Part shown: piece after piece, positions 24,706 to 35,709 of the stretch
Layout: every line of letters starts with the position of its first letter
Position numbering within the stretch: position 1 is the stretch's first letter
From: Geosiphon pyriformis uo1
Taxonomy: Eukaryota; Fungi; Glomeromycota
Assembly (NCBI GenBank): GCA_016748015.1
Contig: JAAOMT010000327.1
Span: forward strand, 1-64,000
Length of the DNA stretch: 64,000 nt
Direction of reading: 5' to 3'
Notes under the pieces: generated by a model
What the model saw: only the letters and a program-made list of their open reading frames with translations
Databases searched by the model: none
What the model was told of the DNA's origin: nothing
Position numbers and translations under genes: made by a program

Positions 24706-27700
24706 GTAGCGATTATTAGAACAATAGGAAAGGACCACTCCTTGTACAGAAAAGCACTATTTCAATACTTTTAAAAAGACCTAGGAATACCAGCAGGAAC
24801 TGCTTATGCAGAAAGTGATTTTTGTAACTATATCAACACAAAAATTAACTGCTTGTTAGGCTGTGCAACTGATACAGAAAGACTTAGAGAACAAATCCAT
24901 CAAAGCTTACTAGGGTACTCAACAGTTATGACTACCCAAGCAATCACTGAAACTCTGCACATAATTGATACAGACATTAAATATTACATGGCACAACGAT
25001 TCCCTCAAGTACAACAACCAATGGAATCTAACTCTGAGGAATATGAAAATGAATCCAACAACCCCGTAACTGCCCAAGCCAAGTTCACGGTCAACAAGAA
25101 ACCAAGGGTCCTCTTCCCAACAACTCTATCATACTATCAGACATCCCAAAGTAGAATTGTATTCAACCCACCCCTGGAAACCCAGTCAGAAACACCACGA
25201 ACTCCTGGAAATCCACATTCTTGGAATCAACACAGTTGGACCAAATTACTAAGAAAATATGGATTGCTGTTTGGAAATCTTACCCCAGCAGCTGGTCAAA
25301 CAGAAGGAAACCTGTCAACTTGGAAACAGCCACCAGCACAAAACCTAGCAGAATCAGCATCTTTCCTGACAAAAGAAACAGCTATCTTACAACCTATTGG
25401 TTCAAGCGACAAAAGAAAGCAACCAGCATTAGCACCCAGAGAACACTTGAATATGCAGACACCAATCCCTTTAAACATAACCAGTAACACCCCACCCATT
25501 AACCGGATCATGGCTTACCGGGATATTGCTAAATTGGAAAAATTCTCTGGTGAAAAAGATAACGCATATTCTTGGATTGCGGACACCGAGAAAGCAATTA
25601 CCGCTAACGGTTGGAACAATGACCACACAGTTTAGGCACTGCTGTTCTTTCTGACCGAAACCACCAATTCGTGGTACCAGAGCCTGGCAGAGAAGCCTAC
25701 CTTCTTTACTGAGTTTAAACTCGCATTTCTGCAATACTTCTATAACCCCAATACATTAATCCAATTGCAGAATCAATTCAGCATAATTAAACAAAAAGAT
25801 CACGAAGCAGTAACTACTTATCTCAGATGATTCAATCAAATCCTGGATCAAATATTAGCTATTGAAAAGGACTACTATACTGTGGCACAAGTTCTTAATC
25901 AATTCATTAAAGGATTGTGGAGTAGTATTCTAAGATTCATAAAACCCCACCATCTGACCAGTTTACAAGACGCCATTACTTTCACTTGTGATTTTGAGTC
26001 TGCAAAACAAGAAGTGAACCATACCCAAGCCATTAATTTAGCCATTAACAGAACCTTTGACATTGATGTAAAGATAACCCGATTGAATAAGAAACTAACT
26101 CAAAAAATTGAGGGATTCTTAGCCAGAACTACAGGAACTTACCAACCACTCCAACGAAGAGAAAATAACAACAACAGCAGATACCCATAGCAACAGAACT
26201 ATTAGCAACAGCAACAATCTTGGAGATCCGATCCCAGCAACTGCTACTACTGCCAGAAACCTGGACACATCGTCCGTGACTGCAGAAGGAAAATCATGGA
26301 CCAAAATCAAGGAAACCCATACCAGCAACCCAGATATCAGCAAAACATGGTATCTTAATATTCCATACCTCAGAATCAACTGCCCCTATATGCACAACAA
26401 GTCCCATATACTCAACCACTGCCCCAGAATTATTATCAACCACCATCAATGACACAAGCAATCCCTTACTATCAAACTTCCTCTTACAGCCCGTCCAGAC
26501 CTCGAGCTATAGACTATAATCAAGGATGGAGGAATCCCAACAACAATCAGGTGCAAACCAACAGTGGACTGTCTTGACCAATTTCTCGCAGTCCTGCCCA
26601 ATCTCGACCAACACCAACTGGATACCCAAATCAAGCTTCCTATCTCAGTTTTATAGAAGACCACGGTTTTGATAAATCTACACCTGTAAAAGGAGAGAAT
26701 ATAGAACAAATCTCCCAACCTTCCAAGCAAACAAAAAGCAATATCTCACTAGCCACTATTACCGAAGACACCACTCTAGCCGCCATATTTTCTTTTAACA
26801 TCGATAATTTGAACACACATAGCCTTTTTAGTGGAGCAGCCATCAATCAGGATAAACCAATAATGGCCTTATACACTGATGCCAGAGTTGGAGGAATAGA
26901 CATTAAATTAATCCTGGATAGTGGATCAGCTGGTAGCATAATTACGAAGCAGCTCATAGACCAACTAGGTCACCAAGTAGACCGTGCTGCTACTGTCCGG
27001 ATCATTACAGCAGATAGGAACACAAAAACCCCGATAGGAGAAATTGACAACTTTCCCTTCAAGATTAATGGAATCCAAATCTCTACCAAAGTACTCGTCA
27101 TGAAAGCTACTCAATATCAAGCTCTAGTAGAAAATGACTGGTTGTCAAAAGCCAATGCTATTCTCAACTAAAACACCCAAGAACTTCAACTCACATTCAA
27201 TGGACAGCATGCCTGAGTCCCAGCTATGTGCGGACACTTTAAAAACCAATGTACTGAGGAACCTCTTATTGAATTCAAAGACACATCAATGTCACCAACC
27301 ATCAAGACCTATCAGGTTTCATGGGTAGATGATTATCGAACTGAACTACTCCCACCACCAACCTGGAAAGAAAAAGAAAAAGGCAGAGCCGAAGAAGAAC
27401 CCCAATTATCATCACTAGAATACATAACCTCAGACCAAAGAAACTTATTTTACCAACCCCCAAGACTAATATGTATCGATTGTGGAAAAAAACTATCCAC
27501 TATGGGCACATGTATTGGGGACAATGAAGAATGGCCCACCACCACCAAATACTATTGCAGGCCTTGTTTACTGGAAAGATTTGGATAACCAAAACAACAA
27601 GGCAAGTGGGACCATACGTCATGTCTCGCATGTGGCAAAATCCTGCCAGATGAAGGACTCTGGAATGATGTGCCTGGCAGAAAAGGAACATGTGACAAGG

Positions 27701-30492
27701 CTTGTCAATACACCATATTAATCAACAATTGGATATGAAAGGAAACCCCCATCAAGGACACTTGGAAACGAGCACTCAACAGGCTAGATGGTTATCTACA
27801 TGATGACCACGAAATCTGAAGAATGGCAAGCGCCAAGGCTGAAGGCGCCATGCCCGAAAAAATACGAGAAATTAAGAACAACCTTTGGATGCTCGAATAT
27901 ACTGAACCCGACTATCCCAAGGATGATTTCTTCACAGATGACCCAGACACATTTCAGAACCAATATCAGAAATTGGCCTCGACTCACGAGGAACAGGAGC
28001 AAAAGTTGGCCGATTTGAATACCAAACTATGTAATTACTGTTTGATTTCCTGTCACTTTCAGTACTGCGATGAATGTGATTGCATGTTCAATCCGTCTCC
28101 AAGAATACTGTTTCCAATCACCAAACTACCTGAACCCGAAGAAGAGGTATTGATCACCGAGGACATGTCGTTTCAAGATCCAATTGAGGATACTGAAACA
28201 GAACAGTATCTTGCATATCCCGACCTATCTAAAGAACTAGAGCTAAAATGGTACAGTGACAATGAGGAAAAAATCTGCCCCAAAAAAGCACATGACACTG
28301 ATGCTGGTTTTGACCTACAATACCCTGGACAATCACCCATCATTATAGCCCCACATTTCCTTGTAAAAATAGATCTTAAGATAGCATTAGAAATTCCTGT
28401 TAGTACAATGGTACAAGTTGCCTTTCGATCTAGTCTAGCCAAGAAAGGAATCAACATAAAAGAAGAAATCATTGATGCCAGTTACATGGGAAACATCATC
28501 GTGATGCTACAAAACAATTCGAACAGATCCTACAAAATAGAATCACAAGAAAAAATTGCCCAAGCTATCTTCCTACCCCTAGTCAAAATACTCCAATTAA
28601 CCCCGGTAACCCGAGAAGAGTTAGGCCTCACTGTCCAAGAAATCAATGGGTTTGGATCAAGTAGAAAAAGAAACATACCAGTTAATTTTATGGAGGAAGA
28701 CAGTGACCAGGTAGAATTTATCCACACCAATACTATCATCTCCATTCCTCCATACTGACAATATATCCTCAAGGTAAATCAAAAGATTCAAGATCAAGCC
28801 CTATTATTCGAAGCCAGTCCCGAAATCTATTCCTTAGCTGATGTTGCTAATCTATACCTACTGGCCAAAGCCTATAAACACTTCAAAATTCCCATCCACA
28901 ATCTGACAGAAGATGTCATTGAAATCCCCAAAGGGACCCTCATCGGTTCCATATCCGCAGATAGTCAGAATCCTGAAAAACCCCAGTTCATTCCAGATTT
29001 TGCACAATTATTCTTATTCTGTGACATTACCTTACAAGTATAAAATTTGCCAAAAGAAAGTTACTTGTTCACACCAGAAGAGATCAATAAATTGAATTTA
29101 GGAAATTTAAGTACCCTGCAACAAATACAACTTAAAGTCCTTCTGAATCAGTATGCTGATGTCTTTGCCAGTAAAAATGAGTTCAGATGCACCGACATTG
29201 TGAAGCATCAGATTGATACAGGAGATGCTCGACCAATTAAGCAATGAGCTTACCACATACCCCCATCTGGCGATAACCTAATTAAGCAAGAAGTGCAATG
29301 GATGCTTGATAACAGCCTAATCAAAGAATCATTAAGCCCTTGGTCCTCGCCAGTAGTCTTGGTCACCAAGAAAAACGGAAAGGTGCGATTCTGCATAGAT
29401 TATTGAAAACTAAATAGCATCATGCAAGGAGATAGTTATCCCACTCCCCTCATCCAGGAAATTCTGGACAATCTAGGAAAAAAAAAATGGTTCTCGTTAT
29501 TAGATTTAGCAAGTGGTTACTGGCAAGTTGAAATAGACTCCAAAAACAAAGAAAAAACAGCATTTACCACTCGAGATAGAAACTTCGAGTTTAACGTAAT
29601 GCCTTTTGGACTTTGTAATACTCCTGCCACATTTCAACACCTGATGGATGTAGTATACAAAGAAATCCTTTGGAAATCAGTAGTAGTCTAACTAGACAAC
29701 ACAAACGTGTTCTCTGAAACATTTGAAGACCATCTGCTCCACCTGCAACAAGTCTTCAAACACTTTTATAGTGCTGGATTAAAACTCAATTCTGGGAAGT
29801 GCTTCTTTGGAAAAACCGAGTTAAAATTCCTAGAACATGTAATCGGCAAGGATGGAGTTAAACCTGATCCAGATTAAGTACAAAAAGTCAAGAATTTTCC
29901 AGCCCCAATCAACCTTAGAGAATTATGAGGATTTCTAAGATTAGCAAAATATTATCGTTGATTTGTCAAAGGTTTATTGAACATCACAAAACCACTCCAT
30001 CAATTGTTGTTTAAATATGTACCGTACTTGTGGAAGGAAGATTAACAGAAAGCATTCGACTATCTTAAGCAGCGATTGATCACATCCCCAATCCTAATTT
30101 ATCCAGATTTCACTAAATGGTTCATTGTCGCTACGGACGCCTCAAAAAATGCTCTAGGAACAGTCTTATTACAGATAGAACCGGACAATAGAGAACACCC
30201 AGTTGCCTATGCTAGTCGCAGCATTAGCCCAGCATAAAAAAATTACAGCACAACAGATCTGGAATGTCTCACCATTTATTGGGCTGTACAAACTTGGAAA
30301 CATTACCTCAGTCAACTATTTAACCTATATACTGACCACAAAGGACTTATTTGGTTACTCAACAATCCACAACTAGAAGAAAAATATGCGAGATGAAGTA
30401 CTTATCTACAACAATTTTCACTCAAAGTCTATTACAAGGAAGGATCCAAAAACACTAATGCTGACAGTTTGTCGAGGATGCCACAAACCTAA
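24706..30492 (+). pseudogene. gag-pol: Single-frame Gag-PR-Cys-rich-dUTPase-RT-RNase H polyprotein of copy C (multiple nonsense mutations)
   Basis: ORF pieces 24853, 25882, 26809, 27226, 27823, 29047 and 29422 share one frame. Motifs: CYYCQKPGHIVRDC, ILDSGSAGS, DAGFDL/RSSLA/IAQ/GFGSS, LDLASGYWQ, MPFGL, TDAS, TDHK, NADSLSR then MPQT-TAA. Confidence 0.93.
28246..28665 (+). pseudogene. dUTPase domain of copy C
   Basis: KKAHDTDAGFDL (I), RSSLA (II), IIDASYMGNI (III), KIAQAIF (IV), NGFGSS (V). Confidence 0.92.
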
Positions 30493-30502
30493 TCTCAGAC
30501 CC

Positions 30503-31837
30503 ATGAATACACTTACTTATCAATGACTACATCAGTACCTATCAACACTACATTTCAAGGAGATATTATCTCAACAGGAACAGAGTACCATATGAAAACA
30601 AACCTGAAATTATTTTATTCAAGATAACCAACTATATCGATGAGAACGCCGAAACCACCCCAACCCACAATGACTAATCATGGACAGTGAAAGAGAAACT
30701 ATACTATATAGCGTGCACTCAGATCTGACTGCAAGACACTTTAACAAAGATGCTACTCTCGAAAGAACACTAAACTTATACTATTGGCCAATGATGCACA
30801 AAGACATTTTCGAATATGTGCTCAATTATGATGCATGCCAGTGAAAAGGAGAAGCAAGATCAACAGAACCACTTCGACCCATTCCAGTTGAAAATTCATT
30901 TGATAGAATCAGGATCAATTTGGTTGGATTTTTTTCAATTACATCTCAAGGAAATTGCTATATTGCTGTAGCCATAGACTATCTTACAAAATAGCTAGAA
31001 GCCAGAGCAATCCAAGTGGCCGACGCCAAAACAGTCACCGAATTTGTGCATCAAGATCTAATTTGCTGACATGGATGTCCGAAAGAATTATTATTTGATC
31101 AGAGAACACATTTTGTTAATAATATGCTGATTGAACTAAGCCAACAGTTTGGAATAAAGAGACCCTTATTGTCACCATACCACCCACAAACAAATAGACT
31201 GGTAGAACAATTTAACAGAACACTGTATAAAGCACTAACAAAAATAAGTCATAAAAACAGACAAGAATAGGACTTATTCATATCTTTTGTACTCTTTGCA
31301 TACCGAACATTGAAACAAAATATGACTCAGTTCACACCGTTTGAACTAGTCTATGGAAGAAAAGCTATGTTACTGATTGAACGAGTGATACCGTCATACC
31401 CAACAGAAACAATCAATGAAAAGAATTTTGAGACTACTTTATACCAAAGAACGTACCAGCTAATAGAAACGTTGGAAAACAATTGAAGAACAGCAGCTGA
31501 CAATATTAGTCACACTCAAAAACGACAAAAAGAAAGACATGATAAACACCTATCAGAACAACCAATGAAATTCAAGATTGGAGACCAAGTACTGTTACAT
31601 TGTACAAAAGCTGAAAAACAGTGGAGTGGAAAGTTCGACCCAAAGTGGGACAGTCCATTCCACATACACAAAGCATTAGGAAATAAAGCTTACAAATTAT
31701 GATTGGAAGACAGAATTTTAAAGAAAGTAGCACATGGAAATTGGTTAAAAATTTATCATGTAAAACAGGAATCATCATCATCAGTACCTCAATTAGGAAT
31801 ACAAATTTCATTAATCAGACCAGAAGATATACTATGA
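30503..31837 (+). pseudogene. Separately encoded integrase of copy C (HHCC, DDE core, SH3-like C-terminus; no chromodomain)
   Basis: Own ATG 10 nt after the RNase H stop, in a different frame. HSD.TA.HF...YYWP; DYLTK*LEA; FDQRTHF; PYHPQTN.LVEQFNRTL; FAYRT; TPFELVYG; FKIGDQVL...KFDPKW. Confidence 0.9.
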
Positions 31838-32690
31838 GATCTGGAACCAATCATTATTATCAAAACGTAGACAATGGGCAGCAAATTAAATTGGGGAATT
31901 CAAATATATATAGCATCCGAAAAGCAGCAAGAAACAATAGAAATTTCAACATGGACCTTTCAGATCAAATTTTAAAATTATCTAAACAATTATTTGAAAC
32001 AATTCAAAAATTGACATCTCAAATAGAAATAACAATTGATAAAAAAGAGATATGGTACAAAGATAAGAGCAGGAGAGGGGAGGACGAAAGTTCAATTAGA
32101 ACTAAACATTCCCTCCCCTACCCACCACCTGAAAGGCAATGTGGGAGAAAAAATTGCTTTTGGGTAGGGGATGGAAAAGAAGGAGGCAAAGAACGAGAAA
32201 AAGGTTACAAAAAAAGATACTTGGTCCCCAAGCTTGAAGAAATAAAAAAAGCTTTAGCTCGTGGGACCGAACTCCCCAAAACAAGGGAGTGAACACCTGA
32301 CAACGCCCAGGAATGGAAAGAAAGACTTTTTCCAGCTTATTGGTTCTACAAAATTGGTAGAACAGCTTGACTTGAAAATACCATACAAAGACCTCAGCCA
32401 GAAAACGTTCAACAAAGAAGCAATACAACCAGTAGAAAAATTCGTAGGGAAAAACAACCTGACCCTACATTACAAAGCAGCATACTGACTATACACTGTC
32501 TTCTAACATTGTCCAAATGTACTACTGAATAGATCTATGAAAACCATAATGGTTAACAGCATAGGATGAATAACTAATCAACAATTCGAAGACCTACAAA
32601 AGACAATACTCGAGGCAACAATTGAACATTACATGAATGAAGCCACGATAACAGATACATATGATTTCGCAGGAGTTCAATTTTAAAAAG
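31834..32690 (+). pseudogene. Extra ORF(s) of unknown function between integrase and PPT
   Basis: ATG overlaps the integrase TGA (ATGA 31834-31837); frame open to 32292; a second protein-like frame runs from 32261 to about 32685 with CGA/CAA-type stops. Confidence 0.55.
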
Positions 32691-32700
32691 AGAGAGATAA
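32685..32700 (+). promoter_or_regulatory. Polypurine tract of copy C
   Basis: AAAAAGAGAGAGATAA immediately before the 3' LTR. Confidence 0.85.
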
Positions 32701-33355
32701 TGTTACCTGAGTAGAAAAACTGATCCAAAGTTATGAAAAAATGTGACCAAAACATGACATAACACAGAATAATGCGCAATAACGTTGGATAACACATTAT
32801 AACATTGGATAATGTGTTATAATGCAGGATAACACAGAATAGTGCGCAATAATATAAGATAATGTGTTATAATGCAGGATAACACAGAATAACATATAAT
32901 AATGTCAGATAATGTATTATAACATAGAATAACTAGCGATAACATAGAAAAACAAAGCAATAACAGAAACAACAAAGCAATAGTTAGTGATAGCGAGACA
33001 ATTGAAAGCAATCCTGTAAAACCAAAAGAATATATAAAAGCAAGTAGTTGTAGAAGTGAGAAAAGACAGAAAAGAAAAAATAGATACGAAACTCTAAACC
33101 AGAAATTAAAATATCCATACCCCTTCATCTTTTATTATCTTCCCTATTTCATCTCCTGAAATAAACCAATTATTAAAAGAAATCAGAATCACAAATTCAT
33201 GTTCTCAAACTTCATGGAATTTACGTGAATTAACTCTTGTTTTGTACCTCCATTCTAGAACAGATGCTCTTAGCATAACCGCCTCGAACCTATTAACAAT
33301 TTGGACCAATCGCTCTTGATTACAGCAATTGATGATACTAATTTATCTTTTCTCT

Positions 33356-33388
<33 letters not shown>

Positions 33389-33791
33389 TTCTGTCTTATT
33401 TTTTGTGAAGCAGCAACATAGTAAAATTGACTGTCTGGAAATAGACTTCGTGATAGCCTGGTAAAAGAGAGAAGCTCCCCCCTAAGTTTTGGATATTAAC
33501 ATTATTTTGTTAGCTTACCAGAAGGGCGAAAAGACAATGCCAAACCCTAACAACTGCGCTCGTTAACTCGGAAAAGAAAGCTCACATTTATGAAAAACGT
33601 TGCAATTGATGAAAGACAAACTCTGTGCCTTATAACCAAAGAACTCAACAGGTAAAATTCACATCCAGGAATAGACTTTTAGAGACTGATAATCAATACT
33701 AAGCCAACAGAATTATGCGGAAGATACATCATCAATAATTGAGAGCACCAAACATTACCATTTTCCATACCCATCAAGTTTACTCATAATA
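32701..33791 (+). repeat. 3' LTR of copy C
   Basis: Direct repeat of 23551-24643, differing mostly by transitions; ends ATAATA (decayed GTAACA). Confidence 0.95.
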
Positions 33792-35709
33792 GCGTCTTCG
33801 ACAACCAAGCCAACTGCAAACACAGGAGATTGGGTAGACATACCCTTCAAAACAGAAAAATTATCACCATGAAGAACACCAAACTTGCTGCATGCTAAAA
33901 AGATTCTATCGGAAAGAATTTTGGAGAGAATCTTCCTAGCAGTCTCAATCAAAGCAATAGGCCATGTGTTTGTAAGAATCCCATTCCAATCATAGGGTTT
34001 GGAGATCATCGAGACCCAAGCCCTTCTCCATAGAACAGGAACACCACCAACTGACAAACATGTATTCAACAATCTTAAAAGATGCCCTGCCATCTTAGCT
34101 CTACCCTGCTTCCACAGTTTGTTAGGAATGCCAGACAAACCAGCAGCTTTGCCATTTGGTAGACCATTGATAGCCAAAAGCAACTCACTCAAACCAACTG
34201 TGACCATTACACCAGAAAAAGCACAATCCTGAACATACTCCAAAGGTGTATATTGACGGGTCCACAGATCAGGCATCATTAAAGGCACAGCCCACTTTCT
34301 TGTCCAACCTTCCATAATTCTATCAACTCCAAGCTTCACTTCCTCAGGCTCCAAGATCAAATCATCATCCACAACCAAGTGATCTAACACCACTTTATGA
34401 AAAGGCCGCTCTAAAACACTTCTAATTATACTATCTTTGTCAGAACAAAAATTTTCCATACATCTTGAGATAGCCAGTCTGATAGCAGCCTTCTTGGCCA
34501 ATTTTGACTCATACATTTTAGATCTTCTGTACTTTTTACAAACCAATGCTAAATGTTTAAGCACCACTGCAGATTTCACATTCAAACCTACCAAATTGGC
34601 AAAAACATGGGCCCTGTCATTATCTAAAGTTGACCAAACCCTTACCAGACAATCTATGCTAAACAAGTCACCCGAGCTGAATCTTTTAACAATTTTGGCA
34701 ACCAACAACTCCAGTCCAAAGAATCTTGAAGAATGTCTATTCCTAGAACAATGAAATTCACTAAACCACAGCTTAGAAAATATCTCATCAGCCAAATCCA
34801 CTATCATCTTTTCCAAAACCATCCACATAGCATCCAAATCACCATGCAATTCAGCATCAGAAAATCCATCTTTAGTAACCAAAAGCTTGGTACAAAGGCA
34901 ATCTCTAAATTTAGCCCACTTGGAACCATCAGCATCCTTAAACCTGAATTTTCAACAATTCTTGTTAGTCTGCTTATGCACACTATTTAACTAAACATCT
35001 AAGAGTTCACCTAATCCAATTGAGACCAGAACAGTCTTATGGTCAGTGTCAAAAAAATTCGAAATAGAGCAAACCCAATGGCCAGTGACAGCAGAAGACA
35101 AATTCTCACTGACAAAAATGAAATCAATAGTCTTCTCAACTTCTTGAGAATTGCTTTATGTGGAAGCTTTAGTCAAATGATAATTTGCAAAAGAATTAAC
35201 CAAACCCAAACTCAAACAAAACTTGAATGTCACACTTCTTCCAGATCTATTCTCATTAAAATTACCACCCAGAACCACAAAAATACTAGAGTTGACAGCC
35301 CTTGCAATTAAAGAGTTTACCTCTGAAGCCTAATCAAATCTAGTTCCAGAAGAGACACCAGTATATAAACCAAGAACTGTGATGGAGAACTTGTCTTTGA
35401 ATAAAAGTTTTACTGAAATAACCCGGCCAGGAATTTCCACAACTTCAGACACATGATGAGCCAAAAAATTGTCCATAATCACAGCCACCCCAGCCTCAAG
35501 AAAACTTTTATCCAAACCTAACTGAAAACTCGTACACCCTTGAACCTATTCGCAATCCATAGTTTAACACTGGACCTCAATTTAGTTTCTGTAACAAAGG
35601 ACACTACACAACCAGAATCCATATGCCAATGCATAATATCTACTTGCTTTGCATGGACATTGATATCACGAACATTACATGTACCAAATTTCTAAACTAG
35701 TTTATTTAT
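33792..35709 (-). pseudogene. LINE 1 ORF2, N-terminal half (APE endonuclease, linker, start of RT)
   Basis: TCNVR, TETKL, GGNFN, TIDF, TDH endonuclease motifs; KAAGLSGI, WPIALIET. Confidence 0.9.

Larger units (their letters stand above)
23551..33791 (+). mobile_element. Full-length Ty3/Gypsy-like LTR retrotransposon copy C (10.2 kb), nested antisense in the LINE 1 RT
   Basis: Paired ~1.09-kb LTRs, PBS, PPT and 4-bp TSD GCGT (23547-23550; 33792-33795). Removing the element and one TSD restores the LINE frame VVEDALKKDCELWLVLQ. Confidence 0.96.

Noticed and set aside
28246-28665. dUTPase as direct protection against the observed C>T erosion
   Set aside because: dUTPase limits dUTP incorporation and does not prevent or repair deamination of cytosine or 5mC in integrated DNA; dUTPase-bearing copies are eroded like the rest.
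31570-32690. Chromodomain or env gene at the 3' end of copy C
   Set aside because: The integrase ends after an SH3-like module with no chromodomain aromatic pattern; the downstream ORF lacks a signal peptide and transmembrane helix.
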